The notes beneath the pieces are model-generated. The model did no database searches and was not told the origin of the DNA. It saw only the letters and a list, made by a program, of their open reading frames with translations. A stretch of DNA of 64,000 bases from the NCBI GenBank assembly GCA_002457555.1, contig NTJQ01000001.1, forward strand, positions 132,420-196,419, read 5' to 3'. The DNA comes from Marine Group II euryarchaeote MED-G37. GTDB taxonomy: Archaea; Thermoplasmatota; Poseidoniia; Poseidoniales; Thalassarchaeaceae. Below are positions 37,492-46,431 of the stretch, one piece after another (position 1 is the first letter of the stretch; every line of letters begins with the position of its first letter). The translations under genes were made by a program, and so were the position numbers.

Positions 37492-37701
37492 TTAGAATAC
37501 GTTGAAATTAGAATCTAATTTCTCTGTAATTGATTCACAATCTTCTACAACTACAAACATAGTATTGTCTGAAGTGTAAATCAACAACTTATCTTCTGAT
37601 TCTATTTCCTGATAGGCACAGATTGCATCCATTCTAATTCTCGTCATTCCCATTTCGGTCAAGGCCTTGATCCAGTTGGTCTTCATGGCCGCCGCCGACA
37701 A
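37492..37701 (-). CDS. hypothetical small protein
   Basis: 69-aa ORF convergent on the TPR gene; no family recognised; may be spurious. Confidence 0.3.
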   Translation of the reverse strand: MSAAAMKTNWIKALTEMGMTRIRMDAICAYQEIESEDKLLIYTSDNTMFVVVEDCESITEKLDSNFNVF

Positions 37702-37840
37702 CCTACCCTATTTGAGTCAAACGGTTGATTGGTTGAGCCAAGTCAGATTATTTTTCGAGATATTGGAAACTTGTCAATTTTTTTTGTAGATTAGGCTCAT
37801 AAAGGAGAGGCAGGTCGGCGGGATGCTTGGAGGGACAATT

Positions 37841-38428
37841 ATGGGAGTCATGAAGCACCTAGGTTCAATCTGGAAGCAGCCTAAGCAAAACATTCCAGCT
37901 TCAGTTCGCCGTAATAGAATGGCTGGCTGGAGGCGCGAGCCGGTTTTCCAGAGAATTGAGCGCCCAACTCGTCTAGATGCTGCTCGCCGTGTTGGCTATA
38001 GAGCAAAGCAAGGGATTACCGTAGTACGCACACGTGTAAGGCGTGGCGGACTACGAAAGGGTAAGATTCACATGAAGAGAAAGCCATCAAAGGCTGGTAT
38101 TAAGAAAATCACCATGGCTAAGTCTATCCAAAGAATGGCGGAAGAGCGAACAAGCAAGCGCTATCCTAACCTTGAGGTCCTAAACTCCTATTGGGTTGGC
38201 GAAGACGGTAAGAACAAATTCTTCGAAGTTATCATGGTGGATCCTCATCACCCTGCAATTAAGTCCGACAAACAATTAGGCTGGTTCGCTGAAGGAAACA
38301 GTCATCGTGGCCGCGCTTTCAGAGGAAAAACCAGTGCTGGCAAGCGTGGACGTGGATTGTACAACAAGGGTAAGGGTGCTGAGAAACTCCGCCCTTCCTT
38401 GAAGGCCCACAAGAACCTTGGAAAGTAA
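37841..38428 (+). CDS. rpl15e: 50S ribosomal protein L15e
   Basis: [41 protein letters not shown]; GGAGGG 6 nt upstream of ATG 37841. Confidence 0.9.
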   Translation: MGVMKHLGSIWKQPKQNIPASVRRNRMAGWRREPVFQRIERPTRLDAARRVGYRAKQGITVVRTRVRRGGLRKGKIHMKRKPSKAGIKKITMAKSIQRMAEERTSKRYPNLEVLNSYWVGEDGKNKFFEVIMVDPHHPAIKSDKQLGWFAEGNSHRGRAFRGKTSAGKRGRGLYNKGKGAEKLRPSLKAHKNLGK

Positions 38429-38473
38429 TCTTTCTTGGGAGTAACTTGATTTCTTCCTTCATAGCGGAAGCCC

Positions 38474-38731
38474 TTGATGGCGGAGAGCGAAGTCAGTCTG
38501 ATTCGGGATTTACCGGTCATCCTTCCCGGTGGTAGACTTCTCGGTACCGTCCACGATACGATAGTAGAGACGGATTCTTGGACCTGCACACACATCTTTG
38601 TTGCCGACCCCCCTGCAGATTTAGTCGAGGGCAGAATCCACGTTGCGGTTCCTTGGAATTGGGTGCGTTCGGTCGGAGATGTTGTGGTCCTACGCTGGTT
38701 TCCTCCCACTCCAATTCCTAAGGACGAATAA
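38474..38731 (+). CDS. PRC-barrel domain protein
   Basis: LPGGRLLGTVHDTIVETDSW...HVAVPWNWVRSVGDVVVL fits the PRC-barrel pattern. Confidence 0.55.
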   Translation: MMAESEVSLIRDLPVILPGGRLLGTVHDTIVETDSWTCTHIFVADPPADLVEGRIHVAVPWNWVRSVGDVVVLRWFPPTPIPKDE

Positions 38732-38815
38732 TCAATCAAAATTCTTTGATTTAATTGATATTTTTACGCACGGAAATGCGATACGATTCAAAAGGTGAGG
38801 GTCAACCCCTGCGTG

Positions 38816-41323
38816 ATGCAACGTAGTTCCGTAGTGCTGATGGTGTTGTTCCTATTGACCTCATCAGCCCCTGCAATCGATGCCGCTGGGAAGGGAGTGA
38901 TTTCCTGCACTCCGGCTGATTTAGACATGGTTCCTGCGAGTTGGGATATTGATGACGGTGCTTGTGTTCGAATCGATCTTGGTGTTCTTTCTGCAGGAGA
39001 CACGTTGTCTTTCGACGTATTGGCAAATACCAATGTTGACATTCTGCTATTTTCAGCGAGTTCAATCTCAGTCTATCAAAATGAACAGAATTACCGCTTA
39101 GACTCGGTTTGGCATTCCGATTCAGTATTCGAGTCATTTCAAGGAGATGGCACCTGGCATTGGACGGCTCCCGATGATAGAGGAGACACCCGCTGGTACC
39201 TAGTTCTCGATAACATGGCTCATCCACAGGATCAAGGCGAGGGCGCTCAGGCTGGTAGTCTCGCTACAGTAGTTCTAGATGTCCAAACAGTCGATAGCCC
39301 CGTATTCGGAATAGTCGACACAATTGTTCGTTTAGACAGCGGAGGTCATTCCGTACTCGCTGGCCCGCTAGTTCTCGACGAAGGAACTCAAGTCAACATA
39401 TTCGTAACAACTATGCAAGGGGCACCGGATATTTTCCTAGTGACTGGGACTCAAATGGAATTTTACGAACAAGGAACTACTGCTAATGGAATGGATGACA
39501 ATAATGCAGATATGTTGTTGGTTTTGGAAGAAAGAAGTATTTCATGGTCAGTAAACTCTGACTATTCAGGTCAGGAACTGTATCTTGTAGTGGATAATCG
39601 TCCAGGTCCTCCTAGCGGTGGTGCAGGCACAGGGTTCGTGGCAACCACTGTAGTAATGGATCTCATTCCAATATTGCAACCAACAATTACCAACGCCTCT
39701 GACCTAGCTACAATTGACGTTGGAGCAGAGGTAATACTCGATGCTTCAAACACTCCAAACCTTTCAAATCAAATCGATAGTGAAAACGGCTTTCAATGGG
39801 ATACCAACGGTGATGGGTTCTATGATGCCTCGAGTTCAACAATCACGGTAAGTTGGACTGAACCTGCCGAGATTAGTATCGGACTTAGAGTAGTTTCACA
39901 AGACGGTCGAAGCGCCACGGTTTATCTCAATACATCAATTCAGGACATTAGCCCACCCGATGTGAGTTTGTCTGCTAGTGATATAATTCGCAAAGACTTC
40001 GACGACGAACTCTTGCTAACCGCGAATATTGACGATAATTGGGGAATTTATTCTGTCGAGTGGTTGGTTGATGAGGCAGTAGTTCAGAACTACAGTAGTT
40101 GGAATTGGCAGGATGGTAAAACATTCACTTTCCGTTTTGATTCAAGCTATCTAGCAGGTAACCACGATGTTACCATTCGGGTTACTGACAATGAAGGACA
40201 AATAACCGAGCGTACCGCAATCATCGATTTGTACGATTCAACTCCTCCCATGGTTCCACAACAGACAGTAGAGACTACTGCTATTCTTGGTCAACCTATC
40301 CAGTTAACCGCCGAGGCTATTGATGCCGAATCCCCAACTCTAACCTATTTCTGGGACTTGGACATCAAGACAGATGCCAATTCAGATGGAATAATGGATA
40401 ACGATATGGATGCTAGTGGTTCTTCTATTACCGAAATTTTCCAACAGAAGGGTACCTACGAAATTGTTTGTACAATCGTCAACGAAGCAGGCGCCTCTAC
40501 TCAAGTTACCTACTTAGTATCCGTCCGTTCTTCCTCTGATGATGGTTCTGGATTAAGCCCAATGATGCTGGGAATGGCTGCGGTTGTATTGCTAATCATC
40601 ATCATCACCGTAATTGGTATGATTACATGGCGACGAATGTCTAATTCAAAACTTGAGGCATTGCTCGAGGAACAAGCCGCCGCTGAGGAGGAGATGCCTA
40701 GAGAACTCAGCGTCGAGGAACAGAAGGCAATGTATGGAGCAGGTTCTGCCACTCTTGACCAGCCAACTTCAATGTCGACTACATCGCAATTCGGCCAGTA
40801 TGGAACTGGTATGTCTGGTGCGAGTGATCCACAGGCCACAATTAGTGAGGATGCGGCGATGGGCGATTCAGACCTTGAAGCATTGATGAGTACCCCAGAA
40901 CCGATTTCCGAATCTAATCAATCGAGTCCTGCTTCGGAACTTCTTAGCCAGTTTTCCGACGATGATTCTGCCGTGGAGGAAGATTCAGTAGAATTTTCAC
41001 ATGATGAGTTAGCAGGTACTTCAGAAGAGGTTTGGTCTTCAGATGAACTCGAACAAGAGGATTCACTACCAACGCCTCCAGCTCCTGAACCAGAACCTGA
41101 AGCAGATTCTCTCCTAGATGGAGAAGATATTCCTGAACCTCCAGCTCCTCAAAGTGAGGAATCAGAATCTGTAGATGTTGTTCCGGAACCTAAATCGAGA
41201 ACTGTCCAGCAGGATTGTAGCCAGTGTAAGCAACGCTTTGAGGTGACCTTGCCGGAAGGCCATGATATTGCACGAACTGCATGTCCGTCCTGTGGCGCGA
41301 TTGAGACAATCCGCTTGACTTGA
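38816..41323 (+). CDS. type I surface protein: duplicated N-terminal module, PKD-like domains, TM helix, acidic disordered tail, C-terminal zinc ribbon
   Basis: Signal peptide MQRSSVVLMVLFLLTSSAPA; PKD-like FQWDTNGDG... and FWDLDIKTDANSDG...; TM 40562-40630; CSQC-x18-CPSC at 41216-41293. Confidence 0.7.
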   Translation: MQRSSVVLMVLFLLTSSAPAIDAAGKGVISCTPADLDMVPASWDIDDGACVRIDLGVLSAGDTLSFDVLANTNVDILLFSASSISVYQNEQNYRLDSVWHSDSVFESFQGDGTWHWTAPDDRGDTRWYLVLDNMAHPQDQGEGAQAGSLATVVLDVQTVDSPVFGIVDTIVRLDSGGHSVLAGPLVLDEGTQVNIFVTTMQGAPDIFLVTGTQMEFYEQGTTANGMDDNNADMLLVLEERSISWSVNSDYSGQELYLVVDNRPGPPSGGAGTGFVATTVVMDLIPILQPTITNASDLATIDVGAEVILDASNTPNLSNQIDSENGFQWDTNGDGFYDASSSTITVSWTEPAEISIGLRVVSQDGRSATVYLNTSIQDISPPDVSLSASDIIRKDFDDELLLTANIDDNWGIYSVEWLVDEAVVQNYSSWNWQDGKTFTFRFDSSYLAGNHDVTIRVTDNEGQITERTAIIDLYDSTPPMVPQQTVETTAILGQPIQLTAEAIDAESPTLTYFWDLDIKTDANSDGIMDNDMDASGSSITEIFQQKGTYEIVCTIVNEAGASTQVTYLVSVRSSSDDGSGLSPMMLGMAAVVLLIIIITVIGMITWRRMSNSKLEALLEEQAAAEEEMPRELSVEEQKAMYGAGSATLDQPTSMSTTSQFGQYGTGMSGASDPQATISEDAAMGDSDLEALMSTPEPISESNQSSPASELLSQFSDDDSAVEEDSVEFSHDELAGTSEEVWSSDELEQEDSLPTPPAPEPEPEADSLLDGEDIPEPPAPQSEESESVDVVPEPKSRTVQQDCSQCKQRFEVTLPEGHDIARTACPSCGAIETIRLT

Positions 41324-41419
41324 ATAGGGGATTTCTTTGCATTCCTTTCCCTCGATAAATGAGGTTCTTTGTGCTCTTGTAGCCCAAGACCCTAAATCGC
41401 ACCTCATAGAGGTGCGGCT

Positions 41420-44400
41420 ATGGAGAATGGTTCAGTGCGCTTGATTCGTACTGCGCCGAGAAACAAAATCTCTCTACCGGTTTTACTGGTAATTCTCTTT
41501 CTGTTACCGACAATGGCGCCCTTTGCAACCGTTAGTGGTGAGGCTAGAATAGAGTCACAGGACTTTCAGATTCTAGATGAATTGGGAAGTGTTCTAAACC
41601 AAAGAGAACAAGTGGTTTTGGGCGATTCTGTTAGCAATATAGCTGGCCCTTTATTGGACCAGGTTAGAGTTGGAGTGCAGGATACTTCAGTCGCCGACCC
41701 TCTCCATGATATCGATGAGGCTCTAGATGATGTCTTTATTGTAGAAACCGCTGCTCCTGCAGTCAATCACCCTGAACCTTACGTTATTCTTACCGACGAG
41801 AATAGTCGCCCCCCTGGAGAGGTCAGAACAATTTGGTCAACTTTGTTCAATTTGACGGATTACGTTATTTGGACTAGATATGTTGACAACGATGGTAATG
41901 TTGTTGAACAGGCGGAGAGCATTACATTCCTAACCAGTTTACTTTCTCTTTTGGACCCCGAAACCGATTTCTTACTACACCAAATGGATATTGATGACGA
42001 TGGCGATGATGATATTCAAGTCGGTCTCAGTGTCAATTTGAACAATATTGATTTATCTGGCACAACTCTTTCTGCATCTCCACAATTAGATTACCAAGTT
42101 AGCGTTCTTCCATCAAGTACCACTGATTCCGATTGGGATAATCTGCAAACCCTTGAGGTTAGTATCCTCAAAGCGTTTGCATATTCAGATGGCATTCTAA
42201 ACGAAGGAGAATCATATGTCTGGGTTATTGATTCTAAGTTTACTCACACCCCTTATGATTTTACTCTAGGCGTTGGTCTAGAGAGGTTTTCCTTCGATAT
42301 CTCAGGTGCTGGAGCGGACCTAATTTTGTCGCTAGTCAATGCACTTACATTCGGGGTTTTCAATGGAGGAGATGAGTCTGGGATTACCATTGCATCTATC
42401 GCAGCTCCTTACCAAATTTCGATAGACAATTCAGGGCAAACAGAATGCCCAGATCGCTATTCTCCAATTGAGCTGACAACTTTACCTTCGAGTGAAATAT
42501 CCTGTGGTGTAACTGCAGGATTTGGATATGTTCACTACTCGCCACCAGATTCTCAGGATGATAGGGAGGTTTGGGAAGTTGCCTATATTGAGGCAGCAGT
42601 ACATCCTAACCGACTTGCAACCATCCTTCCAGAAGAGGTCGAAGTAACCATTAGAACCGATAGTACCCTTGCAGACGGAACTGGTGATTTAGGAGAAAAT
42701 GGCTTGACTACGGTTGAGTATTGGGCTGATGAGAGGGCTGATTTTCATATCCACTTTCATGAAAACAGGTCAGAGGTCCCTCCTGAAAATTCCGATGGCA
42801 TCTACGGTAATGTGACCGACTCAAGCGGCTGGTTCCGAGGTATGCCGGAAGGAAGTCTGACCACAGAGGAGATAGATCGTACATTCACGATGCTGGGTTC
42901 TAAATCAGAACCCGAATTACCAGGTGGCCAACCAAATCGTCTAGGTTTGATTATTGGAGTCAAGAATTTCACAAGAGATACATCTCAAAATGTCGATGAT
43001 CCTTCTTTACCTGTTAATCCTGCATATCCTCCTAAGACTTTAGTTCTGGTTCGTTCGGTACAATCTCTAGAATCTGTCGAATATCACTCTTGGATGGAAC
43101 GTGGAGGTACAGACACAGACCATAGACGAATCGAAATTACAGCTGAAGAAATTCCTACTGCTTTAGTTTTCTTCGGCTCATTTGAATTAGGAGGAGCCGA
43201 GGATGCAGATACAAGCCTTGATTCGGGCACGAATCTAGATTTCCTTTCCCGAATTTTGGATGTCGTTCTAATAAATATCGTCGATTTATTCCTTGATATT
43301 GGTACTATATTGAATGATATTCCATCCGCTACGGTGGATGTTATCAGCGGAGGTGTTGGAGGCTCCGGTGGCCTCTCGGGCGAAACTCTTCACCTATTAA
43401 TGCACGATAATTGGAGGTTAGAGAGGGAAGCTAGGGCAATATCTGAGGTAGGTCTGCAAATTGGCTCAAGCCCTCATCCAACAATGTCTGGTGATCATCT
43501 TATCTTGTCTAAGGATAGAGAATTAGAGACTGTACAGGGTCGGAATGGGCCCCAGACTCCTTTAGTGCAGGTAGCTGCAAGTTTACGATTCAGCGGACTC
43601 AGTGCATTTACTCTGATAGATGAAATCGAAACTGACTCCCAGTCATTCTCTCTCCGAACATCATCTGAAAAATCTTTCACATTCCTTTACATCGACCATC
43701 AACCTTCCAACCTCGACGATGCTGCACATCAAGGATTATGGATTTCCGACATTCCGGATAACGTAACGGCGGATTTAACTCCAGAATTATCAACCTATAC
43801 TGCCAGTTCCACTATCGATAGAATTAGTTATACTGGAATCGAAGGAAATCAGAGACAAGCCGCCCATATACTAGATATTCCATCCGACTTTATTATTGAA
43901 TTTGGAGATACAACGAAATGGACAGCATCAACTCCTATTTCTACAATCCACGCACAGTTAACGGATGCTGAAAATCCAGTAACGATGAGCGGAGATCACT
44001 TCCTCTTCCATCACCACCCAGATGATGGAACCTCGACAATTTCGACTAAGATTTCTGGTCTACAAGAGGTTGGGTGGAAAGCCCCTGCTGTAGCTGGTGC
44101 AACAGGTGCGATGGGACAAGGTACCGCCTTTATGTCCGTAGCAGGAGATCGTACGATGAGCATCAATGTTGATCATGCACCAACTCAAGATGAAGGTGGC
44201 CTTTCCGCATTGGTGCTTATCGATCCATTGCCCTCAAATGTTTCAGTAGATATTCCGACGGGAGCTGATGCGGGGAATAATTTGGTCATCCCAGAATTGA
44301 ATACCTCTCAAGGGGTTTCTGGAGTCGCCTTTTTCCTAGGAGGATTTGCTGATCTAGGCCGTTCTGTCAATACAGTCCTTTCTGGAGTGACCAGCGAAAT

Positions 44401-45787
44401 TTCGACTGGTTCAACCGGTGGAAATGGGTCCTTTTCTTATGGCTTAGAGCTAGATGCGGATAGTGAATTCGACCTCCTCTTTGAGGCCAGTCAGGGTAAT
44501 GGGACTGCGGAAGAACCAGCATGGGTTCATGGCATCTCGATGAACGCAGCACCGAGTGGAATTTCTGACGGTTTCCATATTAGAGGATGGATCCCAAATC
44601 TTCCACCATTAATCGACATCACCGTTAGTCGCATGCCTAATTCAGACGGTGATGATTGGACAATTATGTTGGGTATGGAGGGGTGGCTCCCAGCCCGAAG
44701 TGAATTCATGCTCAATGCAAAGGGTGTCAATGGACAAGACCTCATGCTTACTTTACAAGGTTTGACTGTTGGTGAGACCACTAATTTGGGTATTGACTCT
44801 CAATTCACCATCAGAGAAACCAGTGGTGGAATTAATGAAGTAACTACATCCACTAGATTCGTACTATCAAATAGACTGGATTGGATTCATGCAGAGCTGA
44901 TTAACAGAGACGCAGGTGCACGAACAGAGATGTTAATTAACGATATTCCAGAATCAATAGATTTGCTAGCCAGCCTTGGTACTTCAATATCAATTGACAT
45001 GATTGTACCAGAAAAATATCGTCGGGATGGCCCAGCGGTAGATTCTATCATGTTGCAACAGATGCAATGGAGGGAAGGTGCATGGTGGCCTGCTACGGTA
45101 TTCCTAACCGATGTTCCTGACTCGATTAATCTGACCACAGAATCAGACGTAGATTATGATATCACGAAAACCTTGGCATTCCAAGGTACTCCTGTTCTTG
45201 ATTTCTCAGCATCAGATAGCGGAATGTCGCTATACATTGAGGCCAATGGTAGAGCGATAAATAATCGCGGCGACATGATACTTCTGGCTGAAGGATTGAC
45301 GGATCGCATGGTGATTAAGCCAACCTCAGATTATGGTCTAGCAATTAGAAGCGGTGGTGACGGTGTTGAGAGAATTTACCTACGAGCCTCCAATATGCCA
45401 ACAACACCTCCTGTAGTAATTGAGGAAGTAGAGGCTCTTGGAGAAAATCTTCGAAGTGCAACTATCCGAGTTGTTGAGGTCGTAGGCCCATACAGCATCA
45501 TCGAATTGGAAGATGTTCAAGGCGGGAGAATAATTGCTTCAGCTCGCGCTTCAGCTGAAGTTGATGCACTTGGTACAACATTCGACCTTAGGGGCGTCCT
45601 CCTAGATGCTCAAACGACAGGAGGAGTCCCTACCGGAACTAGTATTGGAGTCAATGGATTAGCATCCGACTTATCTCTTCTAAATCTGATTCCGGGTTTT
45701 GAAGGCTCAACTCACCACATCATTGTTCCTGAACCATTTTCATCCGGAGTTCTGACTTTATGTGCTACTTTCTTGGGAGGTGATTAA
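41420..45787 (+). CDS. 1455-aa secreted/anchored orphan protein with internal repeat motifs
   Basis: SD GAGGTG upstream; N-terminal hydrophobic anchor ISLPVLLVILFLLPTMAPFA; no known domain recognised; recurrent xDIPDxI motifs. Confidence 0.7.
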   Translation: MENGSVRLIRTAPRNKISLPVLLVILFLLPTMAPFATVSGEARIESQDFQILDELGSVLNQREQVVLGDSVSNIAGPLLDQVRVGVQDTSVADPLHDIDEALDDVFIVETAAPAVNHPEPYVILTDENSRPPGEVRTIWSTLFNLTDYVIWTRYVDNDGNVVEQAESITFLTSLLSLLDPETDFLLHQMDIDDDGDDDIQVGLSVNLNNIDLSGTTLSASPQLDYQVSVLPSSTTDSDWDNLQTLEVSILKAFAYSDGILNEGESYVWVIDSKFTHTPYDFTLGVGLERFSFDISGAGADLILSLVNALTFGVFNGGDESGITIASIAAPYQISIDNSGQTECPDRYSPIELTTLPSSEISCGVTAGFGYVHYSPPDSQDDREVWEVAYIEAAVHPNRLATILPEEVEVTIRTDSTLADGTGDLGENGLTTVEYWADERADFHIHFHENRSEVPPENSDGIYGNVTDSSGWFRGMPEGSLTTEEIDRTFTMLGSKSEPELPGGQPNRLGLIIGVKNFTRDTSQNVDDPSLPVNPAYPPKTLVLVRSVQSLESVEYHSWMERGGTDTDHRRIEITAEEIPTALVFFGSFELGGAEDADTSLDSGTNLDFLSRILDVVLINIVDLFLDIGTILNDIPSATVDVISGGVGGSGGLSGETLHLLMHDNWRLEREARAISEVGLQIGSSPHPTMSGDHLILSKDRELETVQGRNGPQTPLVQVAASLRFSGLSAFTLIDEIETDSQSFSLRTSSEKSFTFLYIDHQPSNLDDAAHQGLWISDIPDNVTADLTPELSTYTASSTIDRISYTGIEGNQRQAAHILDIPSDFIIEFGDTTKWTASTPISTIHAQLTDAENPVTMSGDHFLFHHHPDDGTSTISTKISGLQEVGWKAPAVAGATGAMGQGTAFMSVAGDRTMSINVDHAPTQDEGGLSALVLIDPLPSNVSVDIPTGADAGNNLVIPELNTSQGVSGVAFFLGGFADLGRSVNTVLSGVTSEISTGSTGGNGSFSYGLELDADSEFDLLFEASQGNGTAEEPAWVHGISMNAAPSGISDGFHIRGWIPNLPPLIDITVSRMPNSDGDDWTIMLGMEGWLPARSEFMLNAKGVNGQDLMLTLQGLTVGETTNLGIDSQFTIRETSGGINEVTTSTRFVLSNRLDWIHAELINRDAGARTEMLINDIPESIDLLASLGTSISIDMIVPEKYRRDGPAVDSIMLQQMQWREGAWWPATVFLTDVPDSINLTTESDVDYDITKTLAFQGTPVLDFSASDSGMSLYIEANGRAINNRGDMILLAEGLTDRMVIKPTSDYGLAIRSGGDGVERIYLRASNMPTTPPVVIEEVEALGENLRSATIRVVEVVGPYSIIELEDVQGGRIIASARASAEVDALGTTFDLRGVLLDAQTTGGVPTGTSIGVNGLASDLSLLNLIPGFEGSTHHIIVPEPFSSGVLTLCATFLGGD

Positions 45788-45788
45788 T

Positions 45789-46355
45789 TTGGGATTATTG
45801 AATAAAATCCGCTCTGAAAATGAGGATACAGAAGATTCTGACGCCGCGACTGAACGTGCTCATGAGATTCTTCAAATCGTCGGGGAACGTGTTGAGAAAG
45901 TTCGACCGAGCAGAGTTATTTTCGCCTCTGTAGCAGTATTACTGATACTTAGTGGAATCATGATTATTGGGACTTGGATAGTACCATACGACAGAACTTC
46001 CGTAGATGTTGTCTATCTTCAGGGGGTCGGTGGTCATGTTGTTTTGGCTGAATTAGATAACAAAGGATCCCGTTCAATTACTGATGTCCAATTAGATATT
46101 AGATTCCTAGATGACGATAGTAATGAAATTGCCAGATCTACTTTCCAAACCGATGAAATCGCCGCACATACTTCGATTGCTGGTGATAACCTAGAACTGA
46201 TTGCCCCGGGTGCTTCAGTTTGGGAAAATTACACCATTGAGATCATCTTAGATTATGCCTATCGTGGTACAGAATATAATGAAAGATGGACCTACAATGT
46301 AGGGAGTTGGACTATGGAGACGTTCACTTATGAGGCGCCTATGCACTTCCTTTGA
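45789..46355 (+). CDS. N-terminally anchored (type II) small membrane protein
   Basis: TTG one nt after the upstream stop (the ORF-track start 45762 overlaps by 26 nt); acidic N-terminus, TM VIFASVAVLLILSGIMIIGTWIV, about 110-aa beta-rich ectodomain. Confidence 0.5.
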   Translation: MGLLNKIRSENEDTEDSDAATERAHEILQIVGERVEKVRPSRVIFASVAVLLILSGIMIIGTWIVPYDRTSVDVVYLQGVGGHVVLAELDNKGSRSITDVQLDIRFLDDDSNEIARSTFQTDEIAAHTSIAGDNLELIAPGASVWENYTIEIILDYAYRGTEYNERWTYNVGSWTMETFTYEAPMHFL

Positions 46356-46431
46356 CACTACCTTAGGTCGTGAATTATTCGAAATGCATGTCACCCGAAT
46401 ACTGAAAGGCGACTCAATTGGGGGCTAATTT

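Noticed and set aside
38302-38739. 145-aa minus-strand ORF across rpl15e and the PRC-barrel gene
   Set aside because: It overlaps the highly conserved L15e coding sequence on the opposite strand and has no recognisable features.
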